DNA of 64,000 bases from an uncultured Alphaproteobacteria bacterium. Lineage in GTDB: Bacteria; Pseudomonadota; Alphaproteobacteria; RF32; CAG-239. Within the stretch, counting starts at the first letter, position 1; each line of letters begins with the position of its first letter. The position numbers were made by a program, and so were the translations under genes. A model generated the notes under the pieces. It searched no databases, was not told the DNA's origin, and was given only the letters and a program-made list of their open reading frames with translations. Location of the stretch: the NCBI GenBank assembly GCA_910585375.1, contig CAJUCZ010000002.1, forward strand, positions 43,285-107,284, given 5' to 3'. This document shows positions 51,047 through 61,077 of this stretch, piece after piece.

Positions 51047-51135
51047 CGCCTTACTCCTTGGAGAGAAACCCTTGCAAGTAAACCCAATTTACGAGATTAA
51101 TTTTCTCACCGGATTTCTCTCCGCCTCTTTTTATC
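51047..51135 (+). other. Conserved 3' structured element copy 2
   Basis: See 47556-47644. Confidence 0.45.
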
Positions 51136-51264
51136 ACACAAAATTCCTTCAAAAAATCATTGACTTGCCGGCAAAAACTGTCTATAAGGAGCTGTAACCC
51201 GAGAATTTCCACTGTTTTGACTTTGGAAATTTTAAATAAATAACTAAAAAACCGGAGAAACAAA

Positions 51265-51399
51265 ATGAAACGTACATATCAACCCAGCAAACTGGTAAGA
51301 GCCCGTCGTCACGGCTTTCGCACCCGCATGGCAACCGTCGGCGGCCGCAAAGTTCTGGCAGCTCGTCGTTTGAGAGGACGTAAAAGACTTTCTGCTTAG
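51265..51399 (+). CDS. rpmH: 50S ribosomal protein L34 (44 aa, below ORF-track cutoff)
   Basis: [44 protein letters not shown]; immediately upstream of rnpA. Confidence 0.9.
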   Translation: MKRTYQPSKLVRARRHGFRTRMATVGGRKVLAARRLRGRKRLSA

Positions 51400-51417
51400 T
51401 TTCTGTGAAAGCAAACT

Positions 51418-51831
51418 ATGACTAAAGTTTTTATCTTAAAAAAACGCAAAGATTTTGTAAAAGTCGCCTCGCAAGGTCAAAAAATGGTATCTTCCGCTTT
51501 GATTCTGCAGGCGGCTTTTCATATTCCCGCTGCCAATGCCCTCCCCGGCGGCGCCGGACTGGGCTATACCGTTACCAAAAAAGTCGGGAAAGCACACATC
51601 CGCAACCGTTCCAAACGGCGTTTGCGTGCTGCTGCCCGTGAGATTTTTCCCAAACATGCCCTGTCCGGCGTTTGTTATGTCTTAATCGGCCGGCATAATA
51701 CGGCAACCAGAGACTTCGCCAAACTCAAAGAAGAAATGATTATTGCCTTAAAACGCATTAACAAACTTTTGACCAAAGAGAAAAAGGCTTATGAAAAAAC
51801 TCCTGATTCTGCCGCTGATTCTGCTGATTAA
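51418..51831 (+). CDS. rnpA: Ribonuclease P protein component
   Basis: Basic 137-aa protein in the rpmH-rnpA-yidD-yidC cluster. Confidence 0.85.
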   Translation: MTKVFILKKRKDFVKVASQGQKMVSSALILQAAFHIPAANALPGGAGLGYTVTKKVGKAHIRNRSKRRLRAAAREIFPKHALSGVCYVLIGRHNTATRDFAKLKEEMIIALKRINKLLTKEKKAYEKTPDSAADSAD

Positions 51832-52036
51832 AGTCTATCAGTTTTTTATTTCGCCCCTTTTGCCCGGCGTCTGCCGCTACCGTCCGACCTGCTCGCAATA
51901 CACGATTGAAGCGCTCCGCACACATGGGCTTATTAAAGGGCTTTATCTCGGAATTAAAAGAATCCTGCGTTGTCACCCGTGGGGCGGCAGCGGATACGAT
52001 CCCGTCCCGCCAAAAGAAAAACCGCATAAACATTGA
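51791..52036 (+). CDS. yidD: Membrane protein insertion efficiency factor YidD
   Basis: [10 protein letters not shown] and [12 protein letters not shown] motifs. Confidence 0.85.
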   Translation: MKKLLILPLILLIKVYQFFISPLLPGVCRYRPTCSQYTIEALRTHGLIKGLYLGIKRILRCHPWGGSGYDPVPPKEKPHKH

Positions 52037-52138
52037 TAATTGCTTGCCTTAGCGCAGAATATGGATTAAATATGATATAAAATATTTTTTGCCGGCAGCA
52101 AACCGGCATTCAAAGTCAAAAAGGAGCTGTAATAAATT

Positions 52139-53818
52139 ATGAAAGAAGAGACCAGAGGCCTGTTTCTTGCCGTTGTTTTATCCGTTATTGCCATTCTCGT
52201 TACCAACTACCTGTTTCCTAAAGCACCGGCAGCTCCGCAGCCGCAGCAGGAACCGGAAATTGTTGCCTCCGCGGAACCTCTGACGGAGGAAACCGGCAAA
52301 ATTATTGTTGATGAAACACCGCTGACAACAGCCGAAGCCGTTGCTTCTGAAAAACGCATAAAATTTGCCAATACGGACATTCACGGCAGCATCCGCCTCA
52401 AAGGCGCCCGCTTTGACGAACTTTACCTTTCCAAATATAAAACCGGCTTGGAAAAAGACAGCCCTGACATTGAGCTTTTATCACCGTCACGCACAGCAAC
52501 ACCTTATTATGCCGAGTTCGGCTGGCTGTCTAATGACCACAATTTAAAACTGCCTGACGGTTCAACCGTTTGGCAGGCCAAAACCGGTAAATTGACACCT
52601 GAAAACCCGTTGGTTTTGGAATACAACAACGGTCAGGGACTTCGCTTCATCCGCAAAATATCCCTTGATAAAAACTATATGTTTAACATTGAACAATCCG
52701 TTGAAAACAACACCGCAAAAAGTGTCAGCCTTTTTCCTTACGGTTTAATCAGCCGCACTGTTAACTCCGAAAAAGATTCCAAAAGCGCTGTTGTTCACGA
52801 GGGAATGCTCGGCGTTATCGATTCTTCTCTTAAAGAAACAAAATATGCTTCGCTCAAGAAAAAAGGCGATAAGGAAGAATTCAAAACCAACGGCGGCTGG
52901 GCAGGATTCGGTGATCGCTACTGGTTTAGCTCTCTGGTCTTTAACAACAACCAAAACGCCAAAGTCAAATTCATTAAAACCGATGACAATACCTATCAGG
53001 TTGACTACCTTGGCGATGCCGCAACCATTGCCCCCGGCTCTATCGGAACACAGAACATCCGGTTTTATTCCGGCGCCAAAGAAATCAAATTACTGGATAA
53101 ATACACCAAACAATACAACATTGACAAGTTTGATCTGGCGGTTGACTTCGGCTGGTATTACTTCCTGACCAAACCGTTCTTTTACATCTTAGACTTTTTA
53201 TACCGTATCATTGGCAATATGGGCTGGGCGATTCTGCTGTTTGCCGCTCTGTTGCGCCTGCTGATGTATCCGGTTGCCAACAAGTCTTATGAAAGCATGT
53301 CCCGTATGAAGAAAATTCAACCCAAAATGCAGGAATTGCAGGAAAAATATAAAGACGATAAGATGAAACTGCAACAAGAAGTCATGAATTTGTATCGCAA
53401 AGAAAAAATCAATCCGGCAGCCGGCTGCCTGCCTGTTTTAATTCAAATTCCGGTATTTTTCTCTTTATACAAAGTGTTGAACATCTCTATTGAAATCCGT
53501 CATGCCCCGTTTATCGGCTGGATCAAAGACCTTTCGGCGCCTGACCCCTTAACAATTTCCGTCTGGTCGCATTTACCGGTTCCGGCTCTGTTGGATATCG
53601 GTATCTGGCCGATTCTGATGGGTGTCAGCATGTACATTCAGCAAAAACTCAATCCGGCACCGTCCAACAAAGATCAGGCCCGCGTTTTTGCCATGCTGCC
53701 GTTAATCTTTACATTTATGCTTGGCCACTTTGCTTCCGGTCTGGTCATCTACTGGACTTTGAGCAACCTGCTCTCAATCATTCAGCAAAAAGCCATTATG
53801 CGCAAAGTCGGAGTTTAA
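52139..53818 (+). CDS. yidC: Membrane protein insertase YidC
   Basis: 559 aa with a periplasmic domain and conserved C-terminal TM core. Confidence 0.9.
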   Translation: MKEETRGLFLAVVLSVIAILVTNYLFPKAPAAPQPQQEPEIVASAEPLTEETGKIIVDETPLTTAEAVASEKRIKFANTDIHGSIRLKGARFDELYLSKYKTGLEKDSPDIELLSPSRTATPYYAEFGWLSNDHNLKLPDGSTVWQAKTGKLTPENPLVLEYNNGQGLRFIRKISLDKNYMFNIEQSVENNTAKSVSLFPYGLISRTVNSEKDSKSAVVHEGMLGVIDSSLKETKYASLKKKGDKEEFKTNGGWAGFGDRYWFSSLVFNNNQNAKVKFIKTDDNTYQVDYLGDAATIAPGSIGTQNIRFYSGAKEIKLLDKYTKQYNIDKFDLAVDFGWYYFLTKPFFYILDFLYRIIGNMGWAILLFAALLRLLMYPVANKSYESMSRMKKIQPKMQELQEKYKDDKMKLQQEVMNLYRKEKINPAAGCLPVLIQIPVFFSLYKVLNISIEIRHAPFIGWIKDLSAPDPLTISVWSHLPVPALLDIGIWPILMGVSMYIQQKLNPAPSNKDQARVFAMLPLIFTFMLGHFASGLVIYWTLSNLLSIIQQKAIMRKVGV

Positions 53819-53821
53819 AAC

Positions 53822-54466
53822 ATGGAGATAAAACCGGAAGATTTTACCGCTGAACAACTGGACGCAGGACGTAAACTGCTTTCCGGCCCCTGCAGTTTTA
53901 TGCTCGGGGTTGCCCGTTTGGATCAGCTTCCGGTTTCCTCACTCGATGAAATTGCTTTTGCCGGCCGTTCCAACGTAGGCAAGTCTAGCCTGATCAATGC
54001 GCTGACCGGACAGAAAAATCTGGCCAAAGCCTCAAATACCCCCGGCCGCACCCAACAGCTGAATTACTTTAATCTGGGCGATAAAATACTTATAGTCGAC
54101 CTTCCGGGCTACGGATTTGCCCAAGCGCCGGAAAGCATGGTCAAACAATGGCAGAAGGTGATTTTTGCTTATCTTCAGGGACGTGTAAACCTCAAACGTG
54201 TTTTCTTGCTGATTGACTCCCGCCACGGTATAAAAAAAGTTGACGAAGAAATTATGAAAATGCTTGATACCGCAGCGGTTACTTATCAGATTGTTTTGAC
54301 CAAAACAGATAAAATCTCAGCCAAAGCTCTGCAAAAAGTCATTGCCGACACGGAAGAAACCATTAAAAAACACGGGGCTGCCCATATCCGCCTGCTGGCA
54401 ACCAGTTCTGAAAAGAAAAAAGGATTGGAAGAGTTACGCGCCGAAATTGCAGGACTTGCCGGATAA
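53822..54466 (+). CDS. engB: Ribosome biogenesis GTP-binding protein EngB/YihA
   Basis: [15 protein letters not shown]1 motif and DLPGYG. Confidence 0.85.
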   Translation: MEIKPEDFTAEQLDAGRKLLSGPCSFMLGVARLDQLPVSSLDEIAFAGRSNVGKSSLINALTGQKNLAKASNTPGRTQQLNYFNLGDKILIVDLPGYGFAQAPESMVKQWQKVIFAYLQGRVNLKRVFLLIDSRHGIKKVDEEIMKMLDTAAVTYQIVLTKTDKISAKALQKVIADTEETIKKHGAAHIRLLATSSEKKKGLEELRAEIAGLAG

Positions 54467-54635
54467 AGGATATTGACTAAAACTTAGATTCAGACTATAC
54501 TCATAGGTACAAATTTATTATTAACTTAAATTATATTGCCTATGATATAAAAATACACGTATCTTTTTAGTCGTTATCGGAACTCTCTGCACAAACTCAG
54601 ACTTCCCAGTTTTTAACCATTAAAATAAAGATACT

Positions 54636-54803
54636 ATGATTGCAAACGTTTTACATTCATTAAACGGATGGCAGACAGGTCTTCTTTTGTGGGGATGCTT
54701 GGTGATTCTGGTTTACTTATATTCAGCTTATGACTCATATAAGTACCGTGACATCAATAAATATCTCAACAAATTAGAAACGGAAGGCGACACCGAAGGA
54801 TAA
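54636..54803 (+). CDS. Possible 55-aa small membrane protein (below track cutoff)
   Basis: ORF MIANVLHSLNGWQTGLLLWGCLVILVYLYSAY... followed by a terminator; weak RBS. Confidence 0.3.
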   Translation: MIANVLHSLNGWQTGLLLWGCLVILVYLYSAYDSYKYRDINKYLNKLETEGDTEG

Positions 54804-54807
54804 AAAA

Positions 54808-54845
54808 AACAGGATTCCGGCTTCAAAACCGTAATCCTGTTTTTT
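54808..54845. terminator. Bidirectional terminator caggatt...aatcctg with flanking A/T runs
   Basis: aaaaaaaacaggattccggcttcaaaaccgtaatcctgttttttt. Confidence 0.65.
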
Positions 54846-55543
54846 TATCCCATCTTTTTGTAAAAATCTTTTCTCTTCTGTCTGCTCATAGACCACAAAT
54901 TTCCCAATCCGTTAACCGGCTGCACCTCATATTTTGATTCAAAGTCAAAATCCCGCCGCAAAAACAGGCTGGTTGCCTTGGTATAACAATTCATCGGGCA
55001 AAAGCCATAAAAATCAACCTGAATCAAATCGGCTTTTTTCAAAATTGCAACAGATTTCTGATACTCAAGGCTGGTATTAATCCGGTCGCTGTCATCAAGA
55101 ATAATCATTCCTCCGGCAGCCAGTTTTTGCACGGCAGCCGCACAACATTCCGCCCGCCTTTTGCCGTCTACGACAATAACGTCAAACAAATCGTCCTGTT
55201 CGAATATGGCTTTCTCATAAATTTCGCCTTCATCCCGCCAGCGCACGTCCAAATTCGGCTCCGTCATCTCCTGCTGCCATTTTTCAAACCACTTCGGATT
55301 ATCCTCAATACTAACAACATACTTTGCCCTCGCCGCCCAAAAATGCGACGAAGAACCGCAGCCGTATTCAAAAACCTGTTTTTGCCCGTAATCAAACTGT
55401 GACAAATATTCTATCGCCGGAAAAGTATACCACGGGATCGGATTTCCGTCCCGATCTGCACAAACTTTTTCATCAATTGAGCGCTCCAGAGCAAAATCTT
55501 TTTGCAGCATCTCCACCGCTTTGGCAAATTTTTCGCTGAACAT
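54845..55543 (-). CDS. Class I SAM-dependent methyltransferase
   Basis: EYGCGSS glycine-rich SAM motif. Confidence 0.5.
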   Translation of the reverse strand: MFSEKFAKAVEMLQKDFALERSIDEKVCADRDGNPIPWYTFPAIEYLSQFDYGQKQVFEYGCGSSSHFWAARAKYVVSIEDNPKWFEKWQQEMTEPNLDVRWRDEGEIYEKAIFEQDDLFDVIVVDGKRRAECCAAAVQKLAAGGMIILDDSDRINTSLEYQKSVAILKKADLIQVDFYGFCPMNCYTKATSLFLRRDFDFESKYEVQPVNGLGNLWSMSRQKRKDFYKKMG

Positions 55544-55626
55544 AATCCCTCCCGTTGAAAAATGATTTAGCGCATATATATCACATTAGTGCAAAATGCC
55601 AACTTTTTTATTTTAGGAGAAACAAT

Positions 55627-55836
55627 ATGGACATCGTACGCAAAATTGCCTTGATTTTAACAATCATCGGCGCATTAAACTGGGGTTTAATCGGATTTTT
55701 CGGCTTTAACCTCGTTTCTTTTCTGTTCGGAGAAGCCAGCATCTTAACTCAAATTATATACATGTTGGTAGGTATTTCCGCTGTTATTGCTATTTTTGAC
55801 TTGCCCTATTTCCGCGTCAGAATAGAAGAAAAATAA
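55627..55836 (+). CDS. DUF378-family small membrane protein (start moved to MDIVRK with AGGAGA RBS)
   Basis: Two TM helices GALNWGLIGFFGFNLV typical of DUF378. Confidence 0.55.
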   Translation: MDIVRKIALILTIIGALNWGLIGFFGFNLVSFLFGEASILTQIIYMLVGISAVIAIFDLPYFRVRIEEK

Positions 55837-55865
55837 AAAACAAACCGCCGGAAATCAACCGGCGG

Positions 55866-56366
55866 TTATTTTTTTAGCTCATTTTTCCGCCAATGATAAA
55901 CAGAAACATAATACCCCAGAAAATATCCCAAAAAACCAAAAACAATAATATACGGCACGCTGCCGACAACAATACTGTAACCGTACTCTGTTACCATATC
56001 CTTCAACCCGTGCAACAGCCCGTCATCAAATTTTGAGACAATATAACCATAACTCATATTGCTTTCCAACCCGCGCATTTTGTTGCCGGTCAAATAAAAA
56101 GCATACATAATCGGCAAATTCGTAAAAGTATTTGAAACAAAAGTCCAAGCCAGCCCGATAACCAGACTGAAACGCCATTTCAAACGCCTGCCGATAACCC
56201 AGATAATAAAGACAAAAGGCATTTGCACCGGAAAAGGAATAAAAGAACCGCCCAACCCGATCATTGTTGCCCGAGCCACATAGCGGGGATCCTTATGCCG
56301 CCGCTTCATCGGCATAATAAGTTTCCGCTCAAAAAACAGTTTCCACTTGTCCAAAAATTCCTTCAT
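55866..56366 (-). CDS. DUF2062-like membrane protein
   Basis: ORF with three or four TM segments. Confidence 0.45.
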   Translation of the reverse strand: MKEFLDKWKLFFERKLIMPMKRRHKDPRYVARATMIGLGGSFIPFPVQMPFVFIIWVIGRRLKWRFSLVIGLAWTFVSNTFTNLPIMYAFYLTGNKMRGLESNMSYGYIVSKFDDGLLHGLKDMVTEYGYSIVVGSVPYIIVFGFLGYFLGYYVSVYHWRKNELKK

Positions 56367-56430
56367 TCGTTTTTCCTGTAATACAAACCTAATGATAATT
56401 TATATATACCAAATATATAAAAATTAAACC

Positions 56431-57459
56431 CTAGCGGATTAATCGCGCCGCTTTGGAAGAAATTTGCATCAACGTATAACTGACAATTTCCTCCACCGGC
56501 ATATTCGTCGTTTTGCAGTCCCGCTCACACTTATACAGCAGTTCAATAACGCCCAGCACGTTATTTTTGTTCCAGATGTTGAGCTGGCGCTTAAAACTCC
56601 CTTCCCGAAAAAAGATAATGCGGGGAATCAGCCGTCCCATTGCCCGCTCAATACTGTCACCGTTTTCCATATAAGAAAGTGCAGTCAGAATTTTGTTAAA
56701 ATGATACGTCAGCGTCCGGACGATAGAGATTGGCTCATTTCCTTCGTTAATCATTTTCTGATAAGCCCTGAGCGCCTTGTCTTTATCTCCGCCGGCCGTA
56801 AAATAACAAACATCGTCACTGCTGGAAGCCGAGGCATCAGAAACCACGGCCGCAACATCCTCACTGCCAACCGCCTTTTTTTCTCCCATATAGGTAATCA
56901 GCTTTTCAATCTCACCCAAATTAGTCTTCCGGTCATTGGAAAGGCGGGAACACAAAAGCTGCAAAGCCTCATTGCCGATACTGTAGCCGTTCTCTCCCAA
57001 TTTGCCGCGCACGGTCGCAAAAACATCTTCGTCACGGTCATCATAACAGGCAATAACCCCCATATCTTCACGCGATTCGCCCAAAGCCACCAAGGAAGAT
57101 TTCTTGTTCAGACTACCGGACGAAACAATAATCAACGTATCAGAAAGAGAATTATCCAACAACGTCTTCAAATGCTTGGTCAGATTGTTATCGGCATCTT
57201 TAATCACAATCACGCGCCGGCCGCCCATCAGCGACCTGCTGGAATACTCCGCCGACAAGGCACCGACATCGGAAAGAACATCGGAGCAGTTAAAGTAAAC
57301 CACCTGAAAAGGATCATAAATATCAGGGCTGATGCATTTGGTCAGATTTTTGACATATTCCACCTGCAAACCTTCATTACTGCCGTAAACCAAAAAACAC
57401 TTAATCTGTTCTTCCGGTTTTTTGCAGAATTTTTCAATTTGCGCCTGTTTATAAATCAC
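56431..57459 (-). CDS. holA: DNA polymerase III delta subunit
   Basis: 342 aa in the conserved leuS-lptE-holA context. Confidence 0.75.
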   Translation of the reverse strand: MIYKQAQIEKFCKKPEEQIKCFLVYGSNEGLQVEYVKNLTKCISPDIYDPFQVVYFNCSDVLSDVGALSAEYSSRSLMGGRRVIVIKDADNNLTKHLKTLLDNSLSDTLIIVSSGSLNKKSSLVALGESREDMGVIACYDDRDEDVFATVRGKLGENGYSIGNEALQLLCSRLSNDRKTNLGEIEKLITYMGEKKAVGSEDVAAVVSDASASSSDDVCYFTAGGDKDKALRAYQKMINEGNEPISIVRTLTYHFNKILTALSYMENGDSIERAMGRLIPRIIFFREGSFKRQLNIWNKNNVLGVIELLYKCERDCKTTNMPVEEIVSYTLMQISSKAARLIR

Positions 57460-58007
57460 TAATAATTCCCCCGCATTCCGAGCTCACGGTGAAAATAGGC
57501 CCCCAAACGCAAAGCAATGTCATTAGCAATAATCTTGGCCGCATCCGATTGTGTTTTTTTCTGTGCCATCGTTGTCGAATAAGGATTGGCCAAAATATCA
57601 TAACTCACAAAAGACACACTGTCACCGCGAACAAGCATCTCATTGTTTTGAGAAGAAACCAGCTCATAAACAACCGAATAACGAACTCTTTCGCGTGTTG
57701 CCGTAATATCCCGCCGCAAAGCCTGTTGAACAACTTCTTTGCCGCGCAATGTCACATATAAACGATACTGCGGCTTATCCGGCATACCTCTCGGCGTAAT
57801 CAAATCCAGCAGCTCGTTCCGAACTTCCTGCCCAAAACGCTCAGCAATCGGTTCAACCTTGACTTTTGCCATTTCCGATGTTACCGAGGTATCAAAGTTT
57901 CCGCTGAAATACCATCCCGAAGTATCTTCCCGTTGCGCATACAAAGGCTCAAAACCACAGGCTGATATACAAAACAAGGCTAAAAATCCACCGATTACTT
58001 TCTTCAT
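57459..58007 (-). CDS. lptE: LPS-assembly lipoprotein LptE
   Basis: Lipobox ISACG; position between leuS and holA. Confidence 0.7.
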   Translation of the reverse strand: MKKVIGGFLALFCISACGFEPLYAQREDTSGWYFSGNFDTSVTSEMAKVKVEPIAERFGQEVRNELLDLITPRGMPDKPQYRLYVTLRGKEVVQQALRRDITATRERVRYSVVYELVSSQNNEMLVRGDSVSFVSYDILANPYSTTMAQKKTQSDAAKIIANDIALRLGAYFHRELGMRGNY

Positions 58008-58127
58008 CTTCGTCCTTTTTATAAAAAAAACTTACTTATAGCAAATTTAACCGCATTTCCAATGCAAGTCCATAATTTTTTACGCAAAAGCCCACAAATA
58101 AGAAAAACGTTTACAATGACAGATGTT

Positions 58128-58596
58128 TTTTCAGGCCGCTGTAAAAACCGCGATAGAAGCGCTAAGCAAAAACAATCGCAGCTCCGGTTGTTTTTGTCTG
58201 CAAACTCTTTGGAACATCTTGGCAAGCAAGGAAAGCGTTAGCAACCGCAGCGAGCTTAGATGCCTAAGGTACAAAATAGTACATGAGCATTTCTCCATCC
58301 CGCTAAATCTGTATTAGTCGGCTATTATATGCGGTGTTTACAAAAATTACGGAGAATGAGGCTAGTAATAAGAAAAAACCTTTAAGGCGACAGGAGTGTA
58401 CGTGGTGGTACATGACTTAGCCTTAAAAATTTTCCATATTAAGCGCCCCTTCAGGCCGCTGTAAAAAACGCGATAGACGCGACGGATAATAAGAAAAAGA
58501 AAATCCGGCGACAGGCGCGTACATAAACGTACGTAACTTAGCCGGATTTTCTTTTTCTGTATTAGGCGTCCGTATTGCGCGTTTTTTACGCGACAA
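58128..58596. repeat. Cluster C of nested palindromic repeat units (3 units) inserted between leuS stop and lptE start
   Basis: Unit C3 has a perfect 17-bp stem agaaaaagaaaatccgg/ccggattttctttttct around a gcgtacataaacgtacgta core. Also holds duplicated ttcaggccgctgtaaaaaRcgcgataga modules and the cttggcaagc...gcaaccgcagc sub-repeat. Confidence 0.7.
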
Positions 58597-61063
58597 GGTT
58601 GATAATTTTGTTGGGCACCACTATAACCTTTTTAATCTCTTTGCCCTCAAGCTGACGCTTAACATTCTCAAGAGAAAGGGCTGCTTTTTCAACTTCTTCC
58701 TTCGGGGCGTCCTTCGGCAGATCAATCGTGCCGCGCATTTTGCCGCAGATCTGAACGGCATAAGTCACGGTATTTTCTTCCGCCAGTTTGGCATCACCTT
58801 TCGGCCAAGGTTCTTTAATCGCCAAAGTCGAATGCCCCATACGCGCCCACATTTCCTCAGCCAGATGCGGTGTAAACGGACACATCAAAAGCAAAAGGTT
58901 TTCATAAAGCTCAGGCGCAATCTCATCCAAAGAAGACAAATGGTTGACATAAGTCATCAACGAAGAAACCGCCGTATTAAACTTCATCTGATCGATTCTC
59001 TCGGTTACTTCAAGAATGGTTTTGTGCATCATCTGAATATCTTTAGCCGAAGCCTTGGCATTTTTGGTAACTTTTCTGAACAGATTATAAATCTTGCCGA
59101 CAAAACGGTACACACCGTTCAGACTGTCTTCCGACCACATTGCCACTTGGTCAAACGGCCCGATAAACATTTCATAAAGACGGAAACTGTCTGCACCGTA
59201 ATTGTTGACAATATCATCCGGATTAATTACGTTGCCTCGTGATTTTGACATTTTCTCACCGTTCTCGGCCAAAATCATACCATGCGACGTCCGGCGCTGA
59301 TAAGGTTCCTTCATCGGCACATAACCGCAGTCATAAAGAAACTTATGCCAAAAACGCGAATACAGCAGGTGCAGCGTCGTATGTTCCATGCCGCCGTTAT
59401 ACCAGTCAACATTCATCCAATAATCCAAAGCCTCTTTGGAAGCAAACGCCTTATCATTATGCGGATCGCAATAACGCAAAAAATACCATGAGGATCCGGC
59501 CCAGTTTGGCATTACGTCCGTTTCTCTGCGGGCATGGGCACCACATTTCGGACAAGTTGTATTAACCCAGTCTGTTGCCTTGGCTAAAGGAGAATCGCCG
59601 TTATCATTCGGCAAATAGTCTGGAACTTCAGGCAAAGTCAGCGGCAACTGGTCTTCCGGCACCGGCTGCCAGCCGCAATGTTCGCAATAAACCATCGGAA
59701 TCGGCTCTCCCCAGTAACGCTGGCGGGAGAACACCCAGTCCCGCAGCTTAAAGTTCACCTTAGGCTGCCCAAACCCGCCATTCTCGGCAAATTCAACGGC
59801 AGCTTTCATGGCGTCTTCTTTGTTCATGCCGTTCATAAAACCGGAGTTGATATGTTCTCCGTCTTCTTCCCAGGCTTTTTCGGATATATCGCCGCCGGCT
59901 AAAACCTGAATAATCGGCAATTTAAACGCCTTGGCAAAATCATAGTCACGCTGGTCATGCGCCGGCACCGCCATAATTGCGCCGGTTCCGTATCCGGTCA
60001 GAACATAATCGGAAATAAACACCGGAATCAAAGTGCCGTTAAATGGATTTCTGGCCTTAATGCCTTTAAGCTCGACACCGGTTTTGCTGTCATCCATCGT
60101 TCTTTGCAACTCAGACTTTTTGGCCGTTGCCTCAACATAAGCCTGAACTTCGGACGGATTTTCAAATCGCTGCATTAATGCCGCGACAAATTCATGTTCC
60201 GGCGCCATAACCATATAGGTAACGCCAAAAGCCGTATCCGGACGCGTGGTAAAGACTTTGAGCTTTTTGCCGTCCAGCGGAGTCCCCTGCACATCGGTCA
60301 AATCAAAATCCAGCTCCGCTCCTTCCGAACGGCCAATCCAGTTAACCTGCTGCGCTTTAACCCTGTCAATAAAGTCCAAATCATCCAAGTCATTAATCAA
60401 ACGGTCGGCATATTTTGTAATCGCCACCATCCACTGCTCTTTATCCTTACGCACAACCTGTGCTCCGCAACGCTCGCAACAGCCGTTGACAACCTCTTCG
60501 TTGGCCAGACCAACTTTGCAGGACGGACACCAGTTGATTGCCATCTTGTTTTTATAAGCCAGACCTTTTTCAAAAAGCTTAATAAACATCCACTGCGTCC
60601 ATTTGTAATATTCCGGATCACAAGTGTTAAAAGCCCTGTCCCAATCAAAGCTGAACCCGATTGACTTCAGCTGGCGGGTAAAGTTTTCAATATTGGCCTT
60701 GGTCGAAACGGCAGGATGCACGCCGGTTTTAATGGCATAATTTTCCGCCGGCAGACCGAATGCGTCAAACCCCATCGGATACAAAACATTAAAACCCTGC
60801 ATTCTTTTTTTGCGGGCAACCACGTCCAAAGCGGTATAAGAACGCGGATGTCCCACATGCAGGCCGGCACCCGACGGATACGGAAACTCAACCAGAACAT
60901 AATATTTTTCTTTGTTCTTATCAATATCAACCTTATAGGCTTTTTCTTCATCCCAAATACTTTGCCATTTTTTCTCAATTGTTTTAAAATTATAGCGGTC
61001 TTCCATCGCCCATTCCTTGGCCCATTCTTCAAAAGAGCCTTTTCCATTATATCTGTCAGTCAT
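58586..61063 (-). CDS. leuS: Leucine--tRNA ligase
   Basis: 825 aa with HVGH and KMSKS motifs. Confidence 0.95.
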   Translation of the reverse strand: MTDRYNGKGSFEEWAKEWAMEDRYNFKTIEKKWQSIWDEEKAYKVDIDKNKEKYYVLVEFPYPSGAGLHVGHPRSYTALDVVARKKRMQGFNVLYPMGFDAFGLPAENYAIKTGVHPAVSTKANIENFTRQLKSIGFSFDWDRAFNTCDPEYYKWTQWMFIKLFEKGLAYKNKMAINWCPSCKVGLANEEVVNGCCERCGAQVVRKDKEQWMVAITKYADRLINDLDDLDFIDRVKAQQVNWIGRSEGAELDFDLTDVQGTPLDGKKLKVFTTRPDTAFGVTYMVMAPEHEFVAALMQRFENPSEVQAYVEATAKKSELQRTMDDSKTGVELKGIKARNPFNGTLIPVFISDYVLTGYGTGAIMAVPAHDQRDYDFAKAFKLPIIQVLAGGDISEKAWEEDGEHINSGFMNGMNKEDAMKAAVEFAENGGFGQPKVNFKLRDWVFSRQRYWGEPIPMVYCEHCGWQPVPEDQLPLTLPEVPDYLPNDNGDSPLAKATDWVNTTCPKCGAHARRETDVMPNWAGSSWYFLRYCDPHNDKAFASKEALDYWMNVDWYNGGMEHTTLHLLYSRFWHKFLYDCGYVPMKEPYQRRTSHGMILAENGEKMSKSRGNVINPDDIVNNYGADSFRLYEMFIGPFDQVAMWSEDSLNGVYRFVGKIYNLFRKVTKNAKASAKDIQMMHKTILEVTERIDQMKFNTAVSSLMTYVNHLSSLDEIAPELYENLLLLMCPFTPHLAEEMWARMGHSTLAIKEPWPKGDAKLAEENTVTYAVQICGKMRGTIDLPKDAPKEEVEKAALSLENVKRQLEGKEIKKVIVVPNKIINLVA

Positions 61064-61077
61064 ATTCTCTCTCTATA

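Noticed and set aside
55555-55626. Longer N-terminus (MKNDLAHIYHISAKCQLFYFRRNN) of the DUF378 protein as given in the track
   Set aside because: The internal ATG at 55627 has an AGGAGA RBS and gives the typical two-TM roughly 70-aa DUF378 protein. The extension lacks an RBS.
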